A stretch of DNA of 16,724 nucleotides from a virus. Taxonomy: Duplodnaviria > Heunggongvirae > Uroviricota > Caudoviricetes. Positions 8,220-15,915 of this stretch are shown here, piece by piece. The translations under genes and the position numbers were made by a program. Positions within the stretch are counted from its first letter, which is position 1. Each line of letters opens with the position of its first letter. The stretch lies in the IMG/VR virus record IMGVR_UViG_2671180460_000005; one strand, written 5' to 3'. The notes below the pieces were generated by a model. The model saw only the letters and a program-made list of their open reading frames with translations, was not told the origin of the DNA and made no database searches.

Positions 8220-8764
8220 AAACGGGGGCTGAAGCCATCCGGGCGCTGGCCACACAACTTCCGTCGTTTCGTCAGAAACTGAGTGACGGCTGGTATCAGG
8301 TACGTATCGCCGGGCGGGATGTCAGCGAGTCCGGAGTAACGGCACAGCTCCATGAGCCGTTACCGGACGGTACGGTGATCCACATTGTTCCCCGGCTTGC
8401 CGGTGCAAAGCATGGCGGAATTTTTCAGACCATCCTGGGGGCTGTGGTTGTTGCGGTAGCCTGGTGGAATCCCGCGGGCTGGCTGGGTGCGGCAGCACTT
8501 ACGGGGATGTATGCCGCCGGGGCCAGTATGATCCTCGGCGGGATAGCGCAGATGCTGACACCGGCCATCAAAACGCCGTCCATGGAGTCCGCGGATAACG
8601 GCAAACAGAACACCTTTTTTTCCTCGCTGGATAATATGATCGCCCAGGGGAATCCGTTACCGGTACTGTATGGTGAGATGCGAGTGGGGTCGCGTGTGAT
8701 TTCACAGAGTATCAGTACTGCTGATGAGGGTGATGGTGGTCAGGTTGTGGTGATTGGTCGCTGA
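8117..8764 (+). CDS. I: Tail tip assembly protein, lambda gpI-like
   Basis: Product MAATHTLPLASPGMARICLYGDLQRFGRRIDLRVKTGAEAIRAL... and C-terminus ...NGKQNTFFSSLDNMIAQGNPLPVLYGEMRVGSRVISQSISTADEGDGGQVVVIGR match lambda gpI as I recall it, with a hydrophobic Gly/Ala-rich middle segment. ATG at 8117 is the first start after an in-frame stop; an alternative ATG lies at 8156. Confidence 0.88.
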   Translation: MAATHTLPLASPGMARICLYGDLQRFGRRIDLRVKTGAEAIRALATQLPSFRQKLSDGWYQVRIAGRDVSESGVTAQLHEPLPDGTVIHIVPRLAGAKHGGIFQTILGAVVVAVAWWNPAGWLGAAALTGMYAAGASMILGGIAQMLTPAIKTPSMESADNGKQNTFFSSLDNMIAQGNPLPVLYGEMRVGSRVISQSISTADEGDGGQVVVIGR

Positions 8765-8783
8765 TGTAAAACGTTTTATGTGA

Positions 8784-8809
8784 AACCGCCTGCGGGCGGT
8801 TTTGTTGTT
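8784..8809 (+). terminator. Terminator-like hairpin with weak T-tract between I and J
   Basis: ACCGCC (8785-8790), loop TGCG, GGCGGT (8795-8800) gives a 6-bp stem, followed by TTTGTTGTT (8801-8809). The T-tract is interrupted, so termination may be weak. Confidence 0.4.
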
Positions 8810-8824
8810 AATGGAGCCAGATAA

Positions 8825-11800
8825 ATGGGTAAAGGTGGCAGCAAGGGGCACACTCCTCGCGAAGCGAAAGATAACCTGAAATCCACGCAGTTACTGAGCG
8901 TGATTGATGCGATCAGTGAAGGGCCGATTGAAGGACCGGTGGACGGAATGAAAAGCGTGCTGCTGAACAGTACGCCGGTGCTGGACAGTGAAGGTAAGGC
9001 CAATTTCTCCGGGGTCACGGTGGTGTTCCGTGCCGGTGAGCAGGAGCAGACTCCGCCGGAGGGTTTTGAATCCTCCGGCTCCGAGACGGTGCTGGGTACG
9101 GAAGTGAAATACGACACGCCGATCACCCGGACCATCACATCAGAAAATATCGACCGCCTGCGTTTTACGTTTGGTGTGCAGGCTCTGGTGGAAACCACGT
9201 CTCAGGGGGACCGCAATCCGTCAGAAGTGAGATTACTGGCCCAGATCCAGCGTAACGGCGCCTGGGTGACAGAAAAAGACATCACCATTAAGGGTAAAAC
9301 CACCTCGCAGTATCTGGCCTCGGTGGTGGTGGATAACCTGCCGCCGCGCCCGTTCAGTATCCGGATGCGCAGGATGACGCCTGACAGCACCACAGACCAG
9401 CTGCAGAATAAAACGCTCTGGTCGTCATACACCGAAATCATCGATGTGAAACAGGGATACCCGAACACGGCACTGGTCGGCGTACAGGTGGATTCAGAGC
9501 AGTTTGGCAGCCAGCAGGTGGGCCGTAATTACCATCTTCGTGGACGCATTCTGCAGGTACCGTCGAACTATGATCCACAGACGCGGCAGTACAGCGGTAT
9601 CTGGGACGGGACACTTAAACCGGCATACAGTAACAACATGGCCTGGTGCCTGTGGGACATGCTCACCCATCCGCGTTATGGCATGGGACAACGTCTCGGG
9701 GCAGCGGAGGTGGATAAATGGACCCTGTATGTTATCGGTCAGTACTGTGACCAGTCAGTACCGGATGGCTATGGTGGCACGGAGCCGCGTATCACCTGTA
9801 ATGCTTATCTGGCATCACAGCGTAAGGCGTGGGACGTTCTCAGTGATTTCTGTTCGGCGATGCGCTGTATGCCGGTATGGAACGGACAGACGCTGACGTT
9901 CGTGCAGGACAGACCGTCGGATAAGGTGTGGACCTATAACCGCGGCAATGTGGTGATGCCGGATGATGGCGCGCCGTTCCGTTACAGCTTCAGCGCCCTG
10001 AAAGACCGCCATAATGCCGTGGAGGTGAACTGGATTGACCCGGATAACGGCTGGGAGACGGCGACGGAGCTGGTTGAAGATACGCAGGCTATTGCCCGTT
10101 ACGGTCGTAACGTCACGAAGATGGAGGCCTTTGGCTGTACCAGTCGGGGGCAGGCACACCGCGCCGGTCTGTGGCTGATTAAAACGGAACTGCTGGAAAC
10201 GCAGACGGTGGACTTCAGCGTGGGTGCAGAAGGGCTTCGCCATGTACCGGGTGACGTCATTGAAGTCTGCGATGATGACTATGCCGGTATCAGTACCGGT
10301 GGTCGCGTGCTGGCGGTGAACAGCGAGACCCGGACGCTGACGCTTGACCGTGAAATCATGCTGCCATCCTCCGGCACCACACTGATAAGCCTGGTTGACG
10401 GAAAGGGTAATCCGGTCAGCGTGGAGGTCAGGTCCGTCACCGACGGCGTGAAGGTGAAAGTGAGCCGGATTCCTGACGGCGTTGCCGGATACAGCGTATG
10501 GGGGCTGAAGCTGCCGACGCTGCGCCAGCGCCTGTTCCGCTGCGTGAGTATCCGTGAGAACGATGACGGCACGTATGCCATCACCGCCGTGCAGCATGTA
10601 CCGGAAAAAGAGGCCATCGTGGATAACGGGGCGCACTTTGACGGCGACCAGAGCGGTACGGTGAAGGGTGTCACGCCGCCAGCGGTGCAGCACCTGACTG
10701 CCGAAGTCACCGCAGACAGCGGGGAATATCAGGTGCTGGCCCGCTGGGACACGCCGAAGGTGGTGAAGGGCGTGAGCTTCCTGCTTCGCCTGACCGTGGC
10801 AGCGGATGACGGCAGTGAACGGCTGGTCAGCACAGCCCGGACGACGGAAACCACATACCGCTTCAGGCAACTGGCGCTGGGGCATTACACGCTGACGGTC
10901 CGGGCGGTAAATGCGTGGGGGCAACAGGGCGATGCGGCGTCGGTCTCTTTCCGGATTGCCGCACCGGCTGCGCCGTCACAGATTGAGCTGACGCCAGGCT
11001 ATTTTCAGATAACGGCGGTCCCGAAACTGGCTGTATATGACCCGACAGTGCAGTTTGAGTTCTGGTTTTCGGAAACGCGGATTGCGGATATCAGGCAGGT
11101 TGAAACCACAGCCCGCTATCTTGGCACGGCGCTGTACTGGATAGCCGCCAGTATCAATATTAAGCCGGGCCATGATTATTATTTTTACGTTCGCAGTGTG
11201 AACACAGTCGGCAAATCGACATTCGTGGAGGCCGTCGGTCGGGCGAGCGATGATGCCGAAGGTTACCTGGATTTTTTCAAAGGCCTGATAACCGAATCCC
11301 ATCTCGGTAAAGAGCTGCTGGAAAAAGTCGACCTGACGGAGGATAACGCCAGCAAACTGGAGCAGTTTTCGAAAGAGTGGAAGGACGCCAACGATAAGTG
11401 GAATGCCATGTGGGGCGTCAAAATTGAGCAGACCAAAGACGGCAAACATTATGTCGCGGGTATTGGCCTCAGCATGGAGGACACGGAGGAAGGCAAACTG
11501 AGCCAGTTTCTGGTTGCCGCTAACCGTATCGCGTTTATTGACCCGGCAAACGGGAATGAAACGCCGATGTTTGTGGCGCAGGGCAATCAGATATTCATGA
11601 ATGACGTGTTCCTGAAACGCCTGACGGCCCCCACCATTACCAGCGGCGGTAATCCTCCGGCATTTTCCCTGACACCTGATGGTCGGCTGACGGCGAAAAA
11701 TGCCGATATCAGTGGTAACGTGAATGCGAACGCCGGGACGCTCAGTAATGTGACGATAGCTGAAAACTGTACGATAAACGGTACGCTGAGGGCGGAAAAA

Positions 11801-12223
11801 ATCGTCGGGGACATTGTAAAGGCGGCGAGCGCGGCTTTTCCGCGCCAGCGTGAAAGCAGTGTGGACTGGCCGTCAGGTACCCGTACTGTCACCGTGACCG
11901 ATGACCATCCTTTTGATCGCCAGATAGTGGTGCTTCCGCTGACGTTTCGCGGAAGTAAGCGTACTGTCAGCGGCAGGACAACGTATTCGATGTGTTATCT
12001 GAAAGTACTGATGAACGGTGCGGTGATTTATGATGGCGCGGCGAACGAGGCGGTACAGGTGTTCTCCCGTATTGTTGACATGCCAGCGGGTCGGGGAAAC
12101 GTGATCCTGACGTTCACGCTCACGTCCACACGGCATTCGGCAGATATTCCGCCGGATACGTTTGCCAGCGATGTGCAGGTTATGGTGATTAAGAAACAGA
12201 CGCTGGGCATCAGCGTGGTCTGA
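8825..12223 (+). CDS. J: Central tail fibre / host specificity protein, lambda gpJ-like, 1132 aa
   Basis: ATG at 8825 with GGAG (8813-8816) upstream. 1132 aa, the same length as lambda gpJ. N-terminus [18 protein letters not shown] and C-terminal roughly 250 aa (...[56 protein letters not shown]...[14 protein letters not shown]) closely resemble lambda J as I recall it. FN3-like segments in the middle. Confidence 0.95.
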   Translation: MGKGGSKGHTPREAKDNLKSTQLLSVIDAISEGPIEGPVDGMKSVLLNSTPVLDSEGKANFSGVTVVFRAGEQEQTPPEGFESSGSETVLGTEVKYDTPITRTITSENIDRLRFTFGVQALVETTSQGDRNPSEVRLLAQIQRNGAWVTEKDITIKGKTTSQYLASVVVDNLPPRPFSIRMRRMTPDSTTDQLQNKTLWSSYTEIIDVKQGYPNTALVGVQVDSEQFGSQQVGRNYHLRGRILQVPSNYDPQTRQYSGIWDGTLKPAYSNNMAWCLWDMLTHPRYGMGQRLGAAEVDKWTLYVIGQYCDQSVPDGYGGTEPRITCNAYLASQRKAWDVLSDFCSAMRCMPVWNGQTLTFVQDRPSDKVWTYNRGNVVMPDDGAPFRYSFSALKDRHNAVEVNWIDPDNGWETATELVEDTQAIARYGRNVTKMEAFGCTSRGQAHRAGLWLIKTELLETQTVDFSVGAEGLRHVPGDVIEVCDDDYAGISTGGRVLAVNSETRTLTLDREIMLPSSGTTLISLVDGKGNPVSVEVRSVTDGVKVKVSRIPDGVAGYSVWGLKLPTLRQRLFRCVSIRENDDGTYAITAVQHVPEKEAIVDNGAHFDGDQSGTVKGVTPPAVQHLTAEVTADSGEYQVLARWDTPKVVKGVSFLLRLTVAADDGSERLVSTARTTETTYRFRQLALGHYTLTVRAVNAWGQQGDAASVSFRIAAPAAPSQIELTPGYFQITAVPKLAVYDPTVQFEFWFSETRIADIRQVETTARYLGTALYWIAASINIKPGHDYYFYVRSVNTVGKSTFVEAVGRASDDAEGYLDFFKGLITESHLGKELLEKVDLTEDNASKLEQFSKEWKDANDKWNAMWGVKIEQTKDGKHYVAGIGLSMEDTEEGKLSQFLVAANRIAFIDPANGNETPMFVAQGNQIFMNDVFLKRLTAPTITSGGNPPAFSLTPDGRLTAKNADISGNVNANAGTLSNVTIAENCTINGTLRAEKIVGDIVKAASAAFPRQRESSVDWPSGTRTVTVTDDHPFDRQIVVLPLTFRGSKRTVSGRTTYSMCYLKVLMNGAVIYDGAANEAVQVFSRIVDMPAGRGNVILTFTLTSTRHSADIPPDTFASDVQVMVIKKQTLGISVV

Positions 12224-12239
12224 GTGTGTTACAGAGGTT

Positions 12240-12264
12240 CGTCCGGGAACGGGCGTTTTATTAT
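12240..12264 (+). terminator. Terminator-like hairpin with T/A-rich tract after J
   Basis: CGTCCG (12240-12245), loop GGAA, CGGGCG (12250-12255) gives a 6-bp stem with one G-U pair, followed by TTTTATTAT (12256-12264). Confidence 0.45.
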
Positions 12265-12284
12265 AAAACGGTGAGAGGTGAACG

Positions 12285-12905
12285 ATGCGTAATGTGTGTA
12301 TTGCCGTTGCTGTCTTTGCCGCACTTGCGGTGACAGTCACTCCGGCCCGTGCGGAAGGTGGACAGGGTACGTTTACGGTGGGCTATTTTCAGGTGAAACC
12401 GGGTACATTGCCGTCGTTGTCGGGCGGGGATACCGGTGTGAGTCATCTGAAAGGGATTAACGTGAAGTACCGTTATGAACTGACGGACAGTGTGGGGGTG
12501 ATGGCTTCCCTGGGGTTCGCCGCGTCGAAAAAGAGCAGCACAGTGATGACCGGGGAGGATACGTTTCACTATGAGAGCCTGCGTGGACGTTATGTGAGCG
12601 TGATGGCCGGACCGGTTTTACAAATCAGTAAGCAGGTCAGTGCGTACGCCATGGCCGGAGTGGCTCACAGTCGGTGGTCCGGCAGTACAAGGGATTACCG
12701 TAAGACGGAAATCACTCCCGGGTATATGAAAGAGACGACCACCGCCAGGGACGAAAGTGCAATGCGGCATACCTCAGTGGCGTGGAGTGCAGGTATACAG
12801 ATTAATCCGGCAGCGTCCGTCGTTGTTGATATTGCTTATGAAGGCTCCGGCAGTGGCGACTGGCGTACTGACGGATTCATCGTTGGGGTCGGTTATAAAT
12901 TCTGA
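12285..12905 (+). CDS. lom: Outer-membrane beta-barrel protein of the Ail/Lom/PagC/OmpX family (lysogenic-conversion moron)
   Basis: ATG at 12285 with GAGAGGTG upstream. N-terminal signal peptide MRNVCIAVAVFAALAVTVTPARA followed by EGG. Alternating hydrophobic beta-strand pattern and C-terminal ...VGVGYKF ending in Phe, typical of small outer-membrane barrels. Same position (between J and stf) as lom in lambda. Confidence 0.9.
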   Translation: MRNVCIAVAVFAALAVTVTPARAEGGQGTFTVGYFQVKPGTLPSLSGGDTGVSHLKGINVKYRYELTDSVGVMASLGFAASKKSSTVMTGEDTFHYESLRGRYVSVMAGPVLQISKQVSAYAMAGVAHSRWSGSTRDYRKTEITPGYMKETTTARDESAMRHTSVAWSAGIQINPAASVVVDIAYEGSGSGDWRTDGFIVGVGYKF

Positions 12906-12931
12906 TTAGCCAGGTAACACAGTGTTATGAC

Positions 12932-12958
12932 AGCCCGCCGGAACCGGTGGGCTTTTTT
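12932..12958 (+). terminator. Intrinsic terminator after lom
   Basis: GCCCGCC (12933-12939), loop GGAACC, GGTGGGC (12946-12952) gives a 7-bp stem with one G-U pair, followed by TTTTTTGTGGGG (12953 onward). Confidence 0.6.
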
Positions 12959-12969
12959 GTGGGGTGAAT

Positions 12970-15294
12970 ATGGCAGTAAAGATTTCAGGAGTCCTGAAAG
13001 ACGGCACAGGAAAACCGGTACAGAACTGCACCATTCAGCTGAAAGCCAGACGTAACAGCACCACGGTGGTGATGAACACGGTGGGCTCAGAGAATCCGGA
13101 TGAGGCCGGGCGTTACAGCATGGATGTGGAGTACGGTCAGTACAGTGTCATCCTGCAGGTTGACGGTTTTCCACCATCGCACGCCGGGACCATCACCGTT
13201 TATGAAGATTCACAACCGGGGACGCTGAATGATTTTCTCTGTGCCATGACGGAGGATGATGCCCGGCCGGAGGTGCTGCGCCGTCTTGAACTGATGGTGG
13301 AAGAGGTGGCGCGTAACACGTCCGTGGTGGCACAGAGTACGGAAGACGCGAAGAAATCAGCCGGCGATGCCAGTGCATCAGCTACTCAGGTCGCGGCCCT
13401 TGTGACTGATGCAACTGACTCAGCACGCGCCGCCGGCACGTCCGCCGGGCAGGCTGCATCGTCAGCTCAGGAAGCGTCTTCCGGCGCAGAAGCGGCATCA
13501 GCAAAGGCCGCTGAAGCGGAAAAAAGTGCCGCAGCCGCAGAGTCCTCAAAAAACGCGGCGGCCACCAGTGCCGGTGCGGCGAAAACGTCAGAAACGAATG
13601 CTGCAGCGTCACAACAATCAGCCGCCACGTCTGCCTCCATCGCGACCACGAAAGCGTCAGAGGCCGCCACTTCAGCACGAGATGCGGTGGCCTCAAAAGA
13701 GGCAGCAAAATCATCAGAAACGAACGCATCATCAAGCGCCAGTAGTGCCGCTTCCTCGGCAACGGCGGCAGGAAATTCCGCGAAGGCGGCAAAAACGTCC
13801 GAGACGAATGCCAGGTCATCTGAAACAGCAGCGGAACGGAGCGCCTCTGCCGCGGCAGACGCAAAAACAGCGGCGGCGGTGAGTGCGTCAACGGCATCCA
13901 CGAAGGCGACAGAGGCTGCGGGAAGTGCAGTATCAGCATCGCAGAGCAAAAGTGCGGCAGAAGCGGCGGCAATACGTGCAGAAAATTCGGCAAAACGTGC
14001 AGAAGATATAGCTTCAGCTGTCGCGCTTGAGGATGCGGACACAACGAGAAAGGGGATAGTGCAGCTCAGCAGTGCAACCAACAGCACGTCTGAAACGCTT
14101 GCTGCAACGCCAAAGGCGGTTAAGGTGGTAATGGATGAAACGAACAGAAAAGCCCCACTGGACAGTCCGGCACTGACCGGAACGCCAACAGCACCAACCG
14201 CGCTCAGGGGAACAAACAATACCCAGATTGCGAACACCGCTTTTGTACTGGCCGCGATTGCAGACGTTATCGACGCGTCACCTGACGCACTGAATACGCT
14301 GAATGAACTGGCCGCAGCGCTCGGGAATGATCCAGATTTTGCTACCACCATGACTAACGCGCTTGCGGGTAAACAACCGAAGAATGCGACACTGACGGCG
14401 CTGGCAGGGCTTTCCACGGCGAAAAATAAATTACCGTATTTTACGGAAAATGATGCCGCCAGCCTGACTGAACTGACTCAGGTTGGCAGGGATATTCTGG
14501 CAAAAAATTCCGTTGCAGATGTTCTTGAATACCTTGGGGCCGGAGAGAATTCGGCCTTTCCGGCAGGTGCGCCGATCCCGTGGCCATCAGATATCGTTCC
14601 GTCTGGCTACGTCCTGATGCAGGGGCAGGCGTTTGACAAATCAGCCTACCCAAAACTTGCTGTCGCGTATCCATCGGGTGTGCTTCCTGATATGCGAGGC
14701 TGGACAATCAAGGGGAAACCCGCCAGCGGTCGTGCTGTATTGTCTCAGGAACAGGATGGAATTAAGTCGCACACCCACAGTGCCAGTGCATCCGGTACGG
14801 ATTTGGGGACGAAAACCACATCGTCGTTTGATTACGGGACGAAAACAACAGGCAGTTTCGATTACGGCACCAAATCGACGAATAACACGGGGGCTCATGC
14901 TCACAGTCTGAGCGGTTCAACAGGTGCCGCAGGTGCTCATGCCCACACAAGTGGTTTAAGGATGAACAGTTCTGGCTGGAGTCAGTATGGAACAGCAACC
15001 ATTACAGGAAGTTTATCCACAGTTAAAGGAACCAACACACAGGGTATTGCTTATTTATCGAAAACGGACAGTCAGGGCAACCACAGTCACTCATTGTCCG
15101 GTACAGCCGTGAGTGCCGGTGCACATGCGCATACAGTTGGTATTGGTGCGCACCAGCATCCGGTTGTTATCGGTGCTCATGCCCATTCTTTCAGTATTGG
15201 TTCACACGGACATACCATTACTGTTGACGCTGCGGGTAACGCGGAAAACACCGTTAAAAACATCGCATTTAACTATATTGTGAGGCTTGCATAA
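12970..15294 (+). CDS. stf: Side tail fibre protein; lambda Stf-like N-terminal and shaft regions, different C-terminal receptor-binding region with His-x-His repeats
   Basis: ATG at 12970 gives [26 protein letters not shown]..., which matches the lambda Stf N-terminus as I recall it; GTG at 12964 is an in-frame alternative. Long Ala/Ser/Thr-rich repeat shaft, then the conserved fibre motif [24 protein letters not shown], then ...[40 protein letters not shown]... as in P2 H-type fibres, then a C-terminal block with eight H-x-H motifs. Confidence 0.92.
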   Translation: MAVKISGVLKDGTGKPVQNCTIQLKARRNSTTVVMNTVGSENPDEAGRYSMDVEYGQYSVILQVDGFPPSHAGTITVYEDSQPGTLNDFLCAMTEDDARPEVLRRLELMVEEVARNTSVVAQSTEDAKKSAGDASASATQVAALVTDATDSARAAGTSAGQAASSAQEASSGAEAASAKAAEAEKSAAAAESSKNAAATSAGAAKTSETNAAASQQSAATSASIATTKASEAATSARDAVASKEAAKSSETNASSSASSAASSATAAGNSAKAAKTSETNARSSETAAERSASAAADAKTAAAVSASTASTKATEAAGSAVSASQSKSAAEAAAIRAENSAKRAEDIASAVALEDADTTRKGIVQLSSATNSTSETLAATPKAVKVVMDETNRKAPLDSPALTGTPTAPTALRGTNNTQIANTAFVLAAIADVIDASPDALNTLNELAAALGNDPDFATTMTNALAGKQPKNATLTALAGLSTAKNKLPYFTENDAASLTELTQVGRDILAKNSVADVLEYLGAGENSAFPAGAPIPWPSDIVPSGYVLMQGQAFDKSAYPKLAVAYPSGVLPDMRGWTIKGKPASGRAVLSQEQDGIKSHTHSASASGTDLGTKTTSSFDYGTKTTGSFDYGTKSTNNTGAHAHSLSGSTGAAGAHAHTSGLRMNSSGWSQYGTATITGSLSTVKGTNTQGIAYLSKTDSQGNHSHSLSGTAVSAGAHAHTVGIGAHQHPVVIGAHAHSFSIGSHGHTITVDAAGNAENTVKNIAFNYIVRLA
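13320..14040 (+). repeat. Ala/Ser/Thr-rich low-complexity repeat region encoding the Stf shaft
   Basis: About 240 codons dominated by GCN, TCN and ACN codons, with recurring units such as AKTSETNA (near 13577-13602 and 13787-13812) and SSETNASS. It generates long spurious ORFs in the other frames and on the minus strand. Confidence 0.8.
14770..15213 (+). repeat. His-x-His repeat array encoding the Stf distal tip
   Basis: Eight H-x-H motifs (HTH, AHAH twice, HSH, AHAH, AHQH, AHAH, HGH) embedded in Gly/Ser-rich spacers, with recurring nucleotide units GGTGCNCATGCNCA. Confidence 0.8.
14806..14886 (+). repeat. Tandem 30-nt (10-codon) repeat inside stf
   Basis: GGGACGAAAACCACATCGTCGTTTGATTAC ([10 protein letters not shown]), then GGGACGAAAACAACAGGCAGTTTCGATTAC ([10 protein letters not shown]), then the partial unit GGCACCAAATCGACGAATAAC (GTKSTNN). 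Confidence 0.85.
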
Positions 15295-15875
15295 TGGCAT
15301 TCAGAATGAGTGAACTACCACGGACCATAAAAATTTATAATCTGCTGGCCGGAACCAATGAATTTATTGGTGAAGGTGATGCATACATTCCACCTCATAC
15401 AGGTCTGCCAGCAAACAGTACCGATATTGCACCGCCAGATATTCCGGCTGGCTTCGTGGCTGTTTTCAACAGTGATGAGGCATCGTGGCATCTCGTTGAA
15501 GACCATCGGGGTAAAACGGTTTATGACGTGGCATCAGGGGATGCATTATTTATTTCTGAACCCGGTCCGTTACCGGAAAATGTCACCTGGTTATCCCCGG
15601 ATGGAGAGTATCAGAAGTGGAACGGTACAGCCTGGGTGAAAGATGCAGAAGCAGAAAGACTGTTCCGGATCCGGGAGGCGGAAGAAACAAAAAACAGCCT
15701 GATGCAGGTAGCCAGTGAGCATATTTCACCGCTTCAGGATGCTGCAGATCTGGAAATTGCAACGGAGGAAGAAACCTCATTGCTGGCGGCCTGGAAGAAG
15801 TATCGGGTGTTGCTGAACCGGGTTGATACATCTTTAGCGCCGGAAATTGAGTGGCCGCAGCAACCTGTCAGTTAA
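15294..15875 (+). CDS. tfa: Tail fibre assembly chaperone, Tfa-like
   Basis: ATG at 15294 overlaps the stf stop as TAATG. 193 aa. It sits directly downstream of the fibre gene, and its N-terminal half (...[29 protein letters not shown]...[14 protein letters not shown]...) resembles the lambda/T4 gp38-type Tfa family as I recall it. Confidence 0.85.
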   Translation: MAFRMSELPRTIKIYNLLAGTNEFIGEGDAYIPPHTGLPANSTDIAPPDIPAGFVAVFNSDEASWHLVEDHRGKTVYDVASGDALFISEPGPLPENVTWLSPDGEYQKWNGTAWVKDAEAERLFRIREAEETKNSLMQVASEHISPLQDAADLEIATEEETSLLAAWKKYRVLLNRVDTSLAPEIEWPQQPVS

Positions 15876-15882
15876 AGCATTG

Positions 15883-15903
15883 CCGGCGAAAGCTGGCTTT
15901 TTT
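15883..15903 (+). terminator. Terminator-like hairpin (GAAA tetraloop) with T-tract after tfa
   Basis: GCCGGC (15883-15888), loop GAAA, GCTGGC (15893-15898) gives a 6-bp stem with one G-U pair, followed by TTTTT (15899-15903). Confidence 0.5.
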
Positions 15904-15915
15904 GGGGAAAAATTT

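Noticed and set aside
9815-10924. 369-aa minus-strand ORF inside J
   Set aside because: It lies entirely antisense to the strongly conserved J coding frame, has an Arg/His/Pro-rich low-complexity translation typical of antisense reading of GC-rich coding DNA, and has no ribosome-binding site or recognisable family.
12224-12284. Dedicated sigma-70 promoter for lom
   Set aside because: Only a TATAAA-like element at 12262-12267 is present, without a convincing -35 at proper spacing, and it lies within about 20 nt of the start codon. This is too weak to annotate as a feature.
13467-14417. 316-aa minus-strand ORF and the 13382-14044 (-) and 13409-13882 (+) alternative-frame ORFs inside stf
   Set aside because: All are produced by the Ala/Ser codon repeats of the fibre shaft; their translations are Ala-rich or Arg/Pro/Gln-rich low complexity with no start context.
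14770-15213. Short spaced repeats that might suggest a CRISPR array
   Set aside because: The repeats are 6-15 nt codon-level units (GGTGCNCATGCNCA) inside an open reading frame encoding H-x-H motifs. They are not 25-40 nt direct repeats separated by unique spacers.
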